IMG/VR virus record: IMGVR_UViG_3300005805_000104
Span: 1 to 57,310 of that record
Origin: a virus
Taxonomy: Duplodnaviria; Caudoviricetes
Length of the DNA stretch: 57,310 bases
Direction: 5' to 3' (one strand)
This document shows positions 1-8,558 of the stretch, piece by piece; the stretch's first letter is position 1, and each line of letters starts with the position of its first letter. Below the pieces are notes generated by a model. That model had not been told where the DNA came from. It was given only the letters and a program-made list of their open reading frames with translations, and did not search any database. The translations under genes and the position numbers were made by a program.

Positions 1-997
1 CGATTTGTGCTTTGAACTCTGCGACTTGCGTTACAGTTTCTATGTCTATAACGTGAAAAGCAGAGTAGTCAGCGCCATCGCCGCGTGCTACGTCGGCCAC
101 TACCGCGTAATGCTTAACGGGATCAGGGTATTCCCAAATCCAATAAGCTTTGTCCATTCCTCGCCGTTCTACAGGCTCTGAGATCATGTTCATCTCGTAC
201 CATGTCATGACCTCTGGATCTATTACCGTAGCTCCTGATGTTGCGAAATCGCAATCACACTCTTGTGCTGCGTTGCGTACTCCAAGTTCTTTAGTTTGTT
301 GGTCCCTCCAAATTTGATCTCTTTCTGGATGGACGGTCCAAGGTAGTGATATGGGTAAGAAGTTGTTTTCCTTCTTTTGAGCTTTTGTATATGTCTTATG
401 AAACCAGTTACCTACGCCGTTTGGAGTAGATAACGCGATGCACCTACCACCGGTTGCAAGTGTTTGTTGAGCTGCGGTAAATATGTCATCGATTCTGTCT
501 ATGAATGCCGCTTCGTCCATTATTAGCAACGATACGGCTTCTGAACGTGTCGCGTCTCCTGCGCCTGATACGGCTTTTATTTGAGATCCGTTTACCAATC
601 TTAGACTGAGGCGGTTGTCTTCTGATGCACCTATTTTCAACCACGTGGGTAAGTTTTGATAAGCAAAACGAACCTTAGTCACCATATTTTTTGCTGTTGC
701 CTGTGTAGTCGCTACAACGAGTATGTTCTTATCTTTGTTAAACAACATCATCCACAGCGATATAGCGGACACAAGTGTCGATATACCTAATTGTCTAGAT
801 TTGTTTATGATTGTATAATCGTGGGCTTCTAATAGCTTCAGCGTTTTTTCCTGAAATGGATAGAGATCAAAGAGTTGTCTACCCCTGGTCGGGTGTTGGA
901 TCATGTAGTACTTGCGCATAAAGTACACAGGATCCGATGCGCACTTTACAAACTCGGCTTTTATTCTATCTCGTATCTGTTGGGTAGATTCGCTCAT
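1..997 (-). CDS. terL: Terminase large subunit (T4 gp17-like), truncated by the window edge
   Basis: Manual translation from the ATG at 997: MSESTQQIRDRIKAEFVKCASDPVYFMRKY...LYPFQ...KSRQLGIST (Walker A-like), LLIMDEAAF (Walker B), STPNG (coupling motif), QECDCDF, and a nuclease DVARGDGADYS. Confidence 0.95.
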   Translation of the reverse strand, partial: MSESTQQIRDRIKAEFVKCASDPVYFMRKYYMIQHPTRGRQLFDLYPFQEKTLKLLEAHDYTIINKSRQLGISTLVSAISLWMMLFNKDKNILVVATTQATAKNMVTKVRFAYQNLPTWLKIGASEDNRLSLRLVNGSQIKAVSGAGDATRSEAVSLLIMDEAAFIDRIDDIFTAAQQTLATGGRCIALSTPNGVGNWFHKTYTKAQKKENNFLPISLPWTVHPERDQIWRDQQTKELGVRNAAQECDCDFATSGATVIDPEVMTWYEMNMISEPVERRGMDKAYWIWEYPDPVKHYAVVADVARGDGADYSAFHVIDIETVTQVAEFKAQI

Positions 998-998
998 A

Positions 999-1388
999 TC
1001 AATTTAAGAGTGTTACCCCTAGAACTATAGCAAGTCCGCCAACTATGTACTTCTGATACTTATTTACGTTTTTCTGTATCACGTAATTTCTATATACATC
1101 TTCGTACTTCGTTCTCCAAAGTTCTGTCTTTTGTTTTTCTGTATCAACCTGTTTCAAATAGTTGATCTCCTTTTTTTCGTGAATACCAATTATGGTGTCT
1201 TTGACCACCATTTTTTGTTCAAGCAATCGAACTATCTCCTCTGAATTTTTTAGTTGCTCCTTGTATTTGTCTTTGTCTATCAACTCTTTTACAACGTCTC
1301 TAGCTACAGGCACTGGAAGGTTTATGGTCTCTTGCGAATAGGCAAGAGCGGTGACGAACACTAATATTGCTGCTATTCTCATACTCAA
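999..1388 (-). CDS. Membrane/secreted coiled-coil protein (possible lysis accessory)
   Basis: N-terminal signal-like segment, central coiled coil, C-terminal hydrophobic YIVGGLAIVLGVTLL. Confidence 0.5.
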   Translation of the reverse strand: MSMRIAAILVFVTALAYSQETINLPVPVARDVVKELIDKDKYKEQLKNSEEIVRLLEQKMVVKDTIIGIHEKKEINYLKQVDTEKQKTELWRTKYEDVYRNYVIQKNVNKYQKYIVGGLAIVLGVTLLN

Positions 1389-1717
1389 TACTTATATCTC
1401 TGTCTAAAAAATGAGTCCACTTGAGTGGGAGTGTATTTACCCACTTTGTCTCTTAAGTCATTGAACTTTTTATTGAGTTTGGCTTCGTTCTCTTTGACTT
1501 GTTGAAGCTTGCCCTCTATCTCTTGCAATTTTGTCTGCTCGCTTTTAAGTAGACTATCGTACGCCTTTTGTTGGTTATTAAGCTGGTTAGACAGTGAATC
1601 AAGCTTATTTATCTCGTTTTTGAAATCTTCTGATAGCGATTGCATAGCGAAATAATCTACCAAAACTCTGGCGGACAACAGCACCAATACGACCACTAAT
1701 ATGTATTTCTTAACCAT
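1385..1717 (-). CDS. N-terminal TM plus coiled-coil protein (i-spanin-like topology)
   Basis: MVKKYILVVVLVLLSA TM followed by heptads; start placed at 1717, downstream of the ATATTTAT motif. Confidence 0.5.
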   Translation of the reverse strand: MVKKYILVVVLVLLSARVLVDYFAMQSLSEDFKNEINKLDSLSNQLNNQQKAYDSLLKSEQTKLQEIEGKLQQVKENEAKLNKKFNDLRDKVGKYTPTQVDSFFRQRYKY

Positions 1718-1748
1718 TGAAAGTCGGCGTTTTCTATAAATATGTAAA

Positions 1749-2216
1749 CTACGCAATCCAGGCCGGTTGTTTGGCCTTGGCGTACTTTAGCTTCTTCACT
1801 TCCAGTTTATCCTTGATATAGAATTTACGGTACGCAGTAATGGTATCTGGATTCTTAAACTCTTCGGGCATACACTGGGGAGGTGGTACAAAACCCTTGT
1901 CTTCCAATTTCGGTTCGTTAACGATAAGCCAATCAACAATGTCTTCAGTCTTGTGTCGCTTACCGTAGCGTTCGGTAAATTCAACCAATATGGCTTTTGC
2001 GTGTGTGGCCAGCCACCTGTAGTGTTGTATGGATTCTCTAGTCCACTTAGTAGACGGATGATTTACGTGAGCTTTCTTGTAGGGGGCTTCTGATCCGTTC
2101 ATCCAGTGAGCGGTGCTGAGCATCTGTGCTGACTCGATGCCCATTTTGAGTACGTGTTGATCGGTCAAGTCTTTGGCCGATTGAATGGGATCTTCGTGAA
2201 TGTAGAATATGTTCAT
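1749..2216 (-). CDS. denV: Pyrimidine dimer DNA glycosylase / endonuclease V family
   Basis: MNIFY...DQHVLKMGIESAQMLSTAH, H.NHP..KW.R, PPPQCMP, AYRKFY are typical of this family. Confidence 0.85.
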   Translation of the reverse strand: MNIFYIHEDPIQSAKDLTDQHVLKMGIESAQMLSTAHWMNGSEAPYKKAHVNHPSTKWTRESIQHYRWLATHAKAILVEFTERYGKRHKTEDIVDWLIVNEPKLEDKGFVPPPQCMPEEFKNPDTITAYRKFYIKDKLEVKKLKYAKAKQPAWIA

Positions 2217-2280
2217 AACTTTTTAGGAATATACATAATACATTCCTATCCGTAAAATTTTAGTTTTTACTAGAAACTAA

Positions 2281-4230
2281 TTACGCTAATTCTCCGAAAT
2301 CTATAATGCCGTCGTTTTCTACGGTGACTTCAGGTTCTATTCCTAAAGCCCCCAATAAACCATCTACGCCCTGTTTAATCAAATCTGTTGCTGCTTTAAG
2401 AGCGTTTGATATCCAATCAATCAACTGATTCCACTTCTGTTTTAACCAATTCCACGCTTTATTTATTACGGATATCGCATCGTCCCACAGACCTTCTTGC
2501 ATTAGCGTTTTTTTGTTTTCGCGCAATTTTTGTTCCTTTTGAACTACTTTTTCTTGTTCTTTGGCATAATCGTTCAATCCAATTCTTACTGTGGTGTAAA
2601 AACTGTATCCCAATTTTTCTTTACCTCCATAAGATCCTGTCTTAAAATTGACCGCGAACTTCAGTCTTCCTGAGAGATCTTCTATTCCTTTATCGGATGG
2701 TTTTTTTACAGGTTTAATATGACATTTTGTCGCAGCTAAATTTGTTGCTAATAGCCATTCGGCTCTTGAATTTCCATCTCCGCCTTTTCCTCCAAATTTT
2801 ACTGCCCCCGTAGCAGCCTCATATACAAATGCGCGTTGTAATTTTGGATTATTATCAAAAAGTTTCATCATTTTTTCAGAGTACGCTCTATGTACCTCTT
2901 CAACCTCTTCAATGTATTTTAGTACCTTTTTATTGTGAGCGCTCAATTCTTTTTTTGAAATTCCTGTCTCTTCTTCAGCTTTTTTTCTAGCTCTAGCGGC
3001 CGCTTCAGGGCCTTTACCTTTGCCTCCTAGACCGCCGATATCTTTAAGTTCACCAGTTTCTAAACCTTGATCTGTCCTTGATAAAGGATTTGCTACCATC
3101 ACAGGTTTTCCCTTTTTATTTAACACAGGATTTCCTTCAGGATCTAATTGCGGTTCTGCTTTTTTAACGAAGCCTGGAACTCCTTTTTCTTTTTTGCCCT
3201 TAGTAATGGCTTCTAATTTGTCTATTTCTTGTTGAGCCAACTCTTTTGCTTCTTCGTCTAAACGAGACAGTTTTAGTGCGGCTTTCCATGTCGCGTTTAA
3301 TTCTGCTGTTTCAGGACTCATCAGTTGAGCTGCGCCTTTTTTAACAGATACTCTTAGATCTTTTCCGTAAATATCTGTTTTTGGAACATCCGTTTCTTTT
3401 TTTGTCCAATCTTTCCACTCTACTGATGTGGGATGGTTATTTGCGTACTTTTCGATTGTTTTTTTACCACCAATACTGTTGTTTTCTACTTCTATTTTCA
3501 ATTGATCGTAAAGCTCTTTACCTAACTTTAGAGGAACTCCTTTTATTGTTGATTTTGTGTTTTCGTTCCACTTTTCTTTATTCAACACCATCGTTAGTAC
3601 ATGTGCGGCATAAACTTCAAAATCTGAGGCTTCCATGCTCTCTAAAGCATTTTTTTCCTTCTTTTCATTTAGCTGTAATATGCCTTCAAGCAGTTCTTTA
3701 ACCACTAATTGTTCGCTTAGGGCTTCTTCTCCGCCGCCTGTTGTGTCTTCACCGGCTACACCGCTTGTAAGATCATCTGCCTCAGCGGCTGAGGTTCCCG
3801 CATCAGTTGCTCCATCAGTTCCTTGCTCAGCTCCTTCCGGACCTTTTGTTTTCAACGGGGATCCAAATCTTAGTAATCTGGCTATGGCTTGCATGCAACG
3901 CTCTTTTTCTCCTATCGTCATTAAATAGTAGTCTTTACCCTGTATGGTAGCTTGATAGGCTTTTCCTAGAAATGTAAGAAAGAAGAACTGACCGTTGTGT
4001 AATAGCACCTTGAAAGTCGTAGGTTTGGGCGCTACGATGAATATGGCGTTAAGATACTGTTGAAAGGAGGGTGTCATGAGCTCAGTAAGCACCTCGTTTA
4101 ACGTTGTGTACTTACGTAATATGAATCCCATGGGATCCTTCTCAAAAGGACTCTTGGCTTGAAGGCCGGGGTTTTCTTTATCAGCCTCCTTTAATATCTC
4201 AGCCAATATTTTACTTTTTAGGCTTTGCAT
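2281..4230 (-). CDS. Hypothetical multi-segment protein, likely virion-internal
   Basis: 649 aa ORF with several (I/L)xE motifs: ILAEILKE, ALSE...LLEG...QLNE, LMQE. Confidence 0.6.
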   Translation of the reverse strand: MQSLKSKILAEILKEADKENPGLQAKSPFEKDPMGFILRKYTTLNEVLTELMTPSFQQYLNAIFIVAPKPTTFKVLLHNGQFFFLTFLGKAYQATIQGKDYYLMTIGEKERCMQAIARLLRFGSPLKTKGPEGAEQGTDGATDAGTSAAEADDLTSGVAGEDTTGGGEEALSEQLVVKELLEGILQLNEKKEKNALESMEASDFEVYAAHVLTMVLNKEKWNENTKSTIKGVPLKLGKELYDQLKIEVENNSIGGKKTIEKYANNHPTSVEWKDWTKKETDVPKTDIYGKDLRVSVKKGAAQLMSPETAELNATWKAALKLSRLDEEAKELAQQEIDKLEAITKGKKEKGVPGFVKKAEPQLDPEGNPVLNKKGKPVMVANPLSRTDQGLETGELKDIGGLGGKGKGPEAAARARKKAEEETGISKKELSAHNKKVLKYIEEVEEVHRAYSEKMMKLFDNNPKLQRAFVYEAATGAVKFGGKGGDGNSRAEWLLATNLAATKCHIKPVKKPSDKGIEDLSGRLKFAVNFKTGSYGGKEKLGYSFYTTVRIGLNDYAKEQEKVVQKEQKLRENKKTLMQEGLWDDAISVINKAWNWLKQKWNQLIDWISNALKAATDLIKQGVDGLLGALGIEPEVTVENDGIIDFGELA

Positions 4231-4702
4231 TTCTGAGTATGTGTTCTAATACGCTTTTATCCATTTCGGTGTCCCTTTCATCGGGCCACTGTGAATCTAC
4301 ATCTGACATATCTGAGAAGTTATCATCGTAGTTGTCCAGCGTGTCTGTGTACTCCTCAGCTGAGTCTTGCTCGTACTCGTGATAGTTCTTATTAGCATGA
4401 GATATGTAGTTCTCAGCGTTAGTTATGTGATCTTGGATCCACGCCGGTATGTCTTTTTCTTCTGATCCTAGTTTGTCCATCAACTGGCTAGCTGCGCTGA
4501 TAATGGATTTTAGGCTATTAGTGGCCATAGAAACCTCATGATCTTGACCTTCGTGATTCTCGTTCTTTTTTTGAAGAGCTTTGAAATCCGCGCCGGTGAT
4601 TTTGTCTTTCGGTGCGGCTTGTTTGGCGATGTCTTTTTGTTTATCGCTCAGTTCCTGTTCTTCTAATAACAGGCTTCTATAGTAATTGAGGCTTTTTTCC
4701 AT
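4211..4702 (-). CDS. Hypothetical phage protein
   Basis: 163 aa; LLLEEQE near the N-terminus; PAWIQDHIT segment; ATATTTAT motif upstream. Confidence 0.65.
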   Translation of the reverse strand: MEKSLNYYRSLLLEEQELSDKQKDIAKQAAPKDKITGADFKALQKKNENHEGQDHEVSMATNSLKSIISAASQLMDKLGSEEKDIPAWIQDHITNAENYISHANKNYHEYEQDSAEEYTDTLDNYDDNFSDMSDVDSQWPDERDTEMDKSVLEHILRNAKPKK

Positions 4703-4713
4703 GTCTATAAATA

Positions 4714-4872
4714 TCAGGATGCTTTATTGATTTCTTTCGCGGCCTTTTTGGCTTGTTTGAAGGCTTTTGACCCCTTTCTAGCGGGTTTAGCACCTCTAGC
4801 CTGTTTTGCTCTTATATTAGCCCACAATCCTTGTGATTCTTCGATTATGAGATGCTTAAGTACTTTGTCCAT
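4714..4872 (-). CDS. Small basic protein, 52 aa (not in ORF track)
   Basis: MDKVLKHLIIEESQGLWANIRAKQARGAKPARKGSKAFKQAKKAAKEINKAS*; fills the gap in the minus-strand operon. Confidence 0.65.
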   Translation of the reverse strand: MDKVLKHLIIEESQGLWANIRAKQARGAKPARKGSKAFKQAKKAAKEINKAS

Positions 4873-4877
4873 ATGTG

Positions 4878-5105
4878 TTATAGTTTATTTGAATATCGTT
4901 TCAATAAGAAATACAAGCCAAGAAAAAACAGTGCAACGCCATAAAAAATAAAATCCGTAATCCAATAGCTGCCCGTCAAGTCCATCACCGCTTTGAAAAG
5001 CGCGTCGAATCCAAGCGGATTGAAGAACATTCCCAACATTAAACATGTCGTCGCTATGTTCTGTATCAAGGTTTTTCTCCAGGTTTTTATTTGTTTTACT
5101 GCCAT
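4878..5105 (-). CDS. Small two-TM membrane protein (holin-like topology)
   Basis: Two hydrophobic segments and a basic C-terminus. Confidence 0.55.
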   Translation of the reverse strand: MAVKQIKTWRKTLIQNIATTCLMLGMFFNPLGFDALFKAVMDLTGSYWITDFIFYGVALFFLGLYFLLKRYSNKL

Positions 5106-5145
5106 CGTCCATATTTACGGGGTGAAATGCCTAATACGTTAACCT

Positions 5146-6165
5146 TTACCACTTTCTACATGACCAATATCGTGCTGTGGTACGATCTTTTGCTGTGTCG
5201 CAGCGGTGTCTTGCCCGGAAATTTTTTCTTCTTCCCGGATTGTTCTTCTTTATTTTTACGCCTTTCTGACCGAAGTTAACTTTTACAACATTTCCCTTTT
5301 TGTTCTTAACATATACTTTGAATTTTTTTACATCGCCGGCCATGGGTTTTCCAAGGGGTACTTTACGCCCTTGATACTCTGCTTCTGCGATAAGATTAGC
5401 GTGCGCAACAATGTATTCAGCTAAACACTGTGGACAATATTCCCCTTCGTGGAGTTGGTCGATGTTTTCTTTCGCAAGGTTGAGATTTGCGTTGCTTTTT
5501 TCTTTGCCTTGATAGTTTTGCAAATAGTCCTTAAAATCCGCTATCGTGTTTGATATAGCTTTCTTTACGTAATTTATGATGCTTCCTATCTTACTCAACC
5601 AACTTACTACTTCTCCGAATCCTGCAGTTGCGGCAGAGATCAGTGATTTAACTGCTTCATCTGATATAAATTGACCGAATAGCTGCGCTATTTCTTTTGG
5701 GTTTTTATTTGCAAATTTTTCGTATATGAAAGTTGCGGCAGTGGCGATGCCAATGGCAGCAAACATTCTAACTGTGTCGTTCGAGATTTCTAATATCTTT
5801 TTTATGACGTCGGAAAGTTTTTTTCCGGTAGCAGCCATTTTTTCTTCGATCCACTTTCCAAGATCTGGACGATTACCTGGTTTTCCAAACGTTCTATGTA
5901 AAACGTTGTTAGCAAATTTATCTGATATTCCACTCTTTATTACCCCGTACATGACGGCCGCGAAATCCTTGAGCTCATCTATCTTGATAACAACCTTATC
6001 TTTAAGATCTCCAGCAGCTTTAGCTACTGAATCTAGAATGCTTTCCGTTAGTAATTGTTGTTCGAGTATTTCTCGGAGTATACGGCGATCGTACGCAAAT
6101 TTGGGGTCAAGAGGATAATTCAATCCCAATGCATCCAACTTGCGTAAATTGTATATATGTGACAT
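5146..6165 (-). CDS. Hypothetical protein with basic C-terminal domain
   Basis: C-terminal AEYQGRKVPLGKP...RRKNFRARHRCD...ARYWSCRKW domain; ILREILE/LLTE and LIAE motifs. Confidence 0.7.
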   Translation of the reverse strand: MSHIYNLRKLDALGLNYPLDPKFAYDRRILREILEQQLLTESILDSVAKAAGDLKDKVVIKIDELKDFAAVMYGVIKSGISDKFANNVLHRTFGKPGNRPDLGKWIEEKMAATGKKLSDVIKKILEISNDTVRMFAAIGIATAATFIYEKFANKNPKEIAQLFGQFISDEAVKSLISAATAGFGEVVSWLSKIGSIINYVKKAISNTIADFKDYLQNYQGKEKSNANLNLAKENIDQLHEGEYCPQCLAEYIVAHANLIAEAEYQGRKVPLGKPMAGDVKKFKVYVKNKKGNVVKVNFGQKGVKIKKNNPGRRKNFRARHRCDTAKDRTTARYWSCRKW

Positions 6166-6167
6166 CG

Positions 6168-6536
6168 TTAATGCAAGAACTTAAGTTTGTACTTAGTCGA
6201 CTCTATCAAGGACACTATCTCGTCTATCTGATTTTGTATGTATGAGTCTTGCGGTATTTGAAATCTTGCTGTCTCTACGAATTTGCATAAAGCCTCGAAA
6301 TAAGTTTCAGGATTTCCATCCTCTTTTATAGAAGCCGCCATGTTGTATCCTCTTAGTATTCCGTACCGACCTTGATAAGATTCAACTACTCCGTCTATAA
6401 GAGGTATAATGCCTTCATAGTACGCTTGTAAAGCTGTGTGGCCGGCGAATGACTCAGTCTGCAAGTGGTATATGTGCGCTTGATTTCGGCTCTGCATTAG
6501 AGTGCCTATGAAAACGCCCAATTGATTTTGGTTCAT
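6168..6536 (-). CDS. Ferritin/Dps-like four-helix protein (DUF5856-like)
   Basis: AHIYHLQT...H.AL..YYE....ID..VESYQG pattern of Dps-like metal ligands. Confidence 0.7.
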   Translation of the reverse strand: MNQNQLGVFIGTLMQSRNQAHIYHLQTESFAGHTALQAYYEGIIPLIDGVVESYQGRYGILRGYNMAASIKEDGNPETYFEALCKFVETARFQIPQDSYIQNQIDEIVSLIESTKYKLKFLH

Positions 6537-7042
6537 TTGGCCTTTTCTTTTGTTTTTTCCTCGGCTTTTTTAGACTTTTCTACCTTTTCGAGTTTTGTCA
6601 TGTAATCGTCGATTTTGGTAGCTAATTGTGCAACTTTATCTTTGTGTTGAGAGGCGTTTTTAGGATCCTCTTTTGCCATATTGATGTGTTCTTTTCTCTG
6701 TTTTTCTAACTTGTCTATGGCCTTTTTTATTTTATCTACTACGTCTCCCTTTTTTTCTTCTAACATGGACTCGTATTTCATACACTCCGTACAGAGGCCT
6801 TCAGCAACTTGTAGAGCCATTTCCTTGTCTGGATACACTCCGTGAACTTGATCGGGAACTATTTGAGATCCCTGTAAACCAACTAGAGGATCCAGTTGAT
6901 TAACTAAGCCCTTATTTGCGCATCCTTCGCCTGGTTTTTTAACCAGGAACAATTGTGATAGCGCGCCGTCCATATTTTCTTTTTTGGCAGCATGCTTTTC
7001 CAGATGCGATTCCAATAGTCTAAGTTGTTTCTTTGTGAGCAT
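6533..7042 (-). CDS. Hypothetical protein with coiled-coil C-terminus
   Basis: 169 aa ORF; LRLLES at the N-terminus; ATATTTAT motif upstream. Confidence 0.6.
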   Translation of the reverse strand: MLTKKQLRLLESHLEKHAAKKENMDGALSQLFLVKKPGEGCANKGLVNQLDPLVGLQGSQIVPDQVHGVYPDKEMALQVAEGLCTECMKYESMLEEKKGDVVDKIKKAIDKLEKQRKEHINMAKEDPKNASQHKDKVAQLATKIDDYMTKLEKVEKSKKAEEKTKEKAK

Positions 7043-7064
7043 AAGAATAATTTTTTATAAATAT

Positions 7065-7634
7065 CTACTCCCGGTCGCTTTTTATCTTTTCTAATTGCTG
7101 TTTTACGCTATCGTAGACAGCTTTTTTATTTCCTCCTACCCAAGATTCAATGTGACCGTCTTCGGTTACGTGACTTTCGTTGGCTTTGTACCACGCTTCT
7201 AGGGCTACTTCTATATCATCCAAGTAAGTTGCATGATTATTTTTTGCGGCTTGTAAATCGTAATTTTGCCACTCTCCGCGCTTTTTTATTTCTGCTTCTG
7301 TTTCTATTACGCAATCAAAACATGTTCTGTGTATAGCGTACATCTTCTTATTCAAATCGTTAATCTTCATGTGTTTTTTACACTTTGGACAATTCAACGG
7401 AAATTGTATTAGACTCTTTATTGTGTCTAGCTTAGTAATGTTTTGTTTGATTCCGCTCTTAATTGTCCAAGTTTTTCCATTTTCTTCCCACACATCTCCC
7501 TCTTTTCTATCTAGCTTCTGCTTATCCCATCCTGATTGTACTCTGGTCTTTTCTCCAAAATTTCCAGATATGAGATTTCTCATTCTCTGCACTTCTCTTT
7601 TACTAAATTCTCGTACTAAATTGCTCTCTTTCAT
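7065..7634 (-). CDS. Zn-finger-containing hypothetical protein
   Basis: CPKC...H..CFDC; KEGDVWEENGKTWTIK segment. Confidence 0.6.
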   Translation of the reverse strand: MKESNLVREFSKREVQRMRNLISGNFGEKTRVQSGWDKQKLDRKEGDVWEENGKTWTIKSGIKQNITKLDTIKSLIQFPLNCPKCKKHMKINDLNKKMYAIHRTCFDCVIETEAEIKKRGEWQNYDLQAAKNNHATYLDDIEVALEAWYKANESHVTEDGHIESWVGGNKKAVYDSVKQQLEKIKSDRE

Positions 7635-8557
7635 GACTTTTTCGGTTCTTCTTTGCTATCTAAATCTAATTTATCTATTTGATAATGTGCTGGGTGTTCG
7701 TCTACATGCAGTATACCGACTCCTCCGCTTTTTTTCCACGGAATTATGTTATCGTTCCAATCATCTATTAGTACAGATTTTTCGACTTCTTCTGGACTTT
7801 TGTTTACCAGTATGGTGTGTTTCTCTCCAGTTTGTCTAAATATGATTGCCTTAGGGGCTGGTGTTAGGTGTAAATTGATCCACTCTAATTTTCCAGGTTT
7901 CGCGTCCTTGAAAGTAGAAGGGCTGGTCAATATTATTACACCGTGTTTTCCTATTTTTTCCCAAAGTCTTTTTCCAGCAGACATCCACGGCATTTCTGCC
8001 CAAAACTCACGACCAGCTTTATCTATTGCATTTTTAAGACCTGGATAACCGTGTTCATTTTCGTATGTTGCTGGATCTGTTCCATAGTAGTGTTCAAACT
8101 GGGCTACGAAATCGCACAGTACACCGTCCATATCGCAATATAGTTGGTATTTTGAAGTGTCCTCGGCCTCCAATAAATCCATCATTCTCATGGATTCATA
8201 TATTAGAGGATTTGTTTTACCGTATTTTCTTAGCAGCACTCCCGCTTTGCTATTGGCTTCGTTCTCGTAGTTAGATCCATCTGATCCATCTAATGTATCT
8301 GCTGGGCCCATGAGTTCTTTTTGTTGGTGGTGAACCAATTCATGTGCAAGCGTTCTAAGTATATCGGCCAAATTTCTGTTCTTGATGTATACTTCTATGT
8401 TCCCATCGTTTGGATAATACCCTCCAAAGCTAGTTTGCGATTTTACGAACTTATTATCGCTGTGCAAACGGATTTTAGGGGCGTTTTTTATCTGAAGTTC
8501 ATGGTAACAGTACTTCAGAAAGTCTTTTATTATAGGTATTCTTTCTTCTTCTTTCAT
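7631..8557 (-). CDS. Fusion of a zincin-like HExxH domain and a HAD 5'(3')-deoxyribonucleotidase-like domain
   Basis: RTLAHELVHHQQ...E.EAN; then CDMDGVLCDF, ILTSP, K..W, LIDD. Confidence 0.8.
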   Translation of the reverse strand: MKEEERIPIIKDFLKYCYHELQIKNAPKIRLHSDNKFVKSQTSFGGYYPNDGNIEVYIKNRNLADILRTLAHELVHHQQKELMGPADTLDGSDGSNYENEANSKAGVLLRKYGKTNPLIYESMRMMDLLEAEDTSKYQLYCDMDGVLCDFVAQFEHYYGTDPATYENEHGYPGLKNAIDKAGREFWAEMPWMSAGKRLWEKIGKHGVIILTSPSTFKDAKPGKLEWINLHLTPAPKAIIFRQTGEKHTILVNKSPEEVEKSVLIDDWNDNIIPWKKSGGVGILHVDEHPAHYQIDKLDLDSKEEPKKS

Positions 8558-8558
8558 G

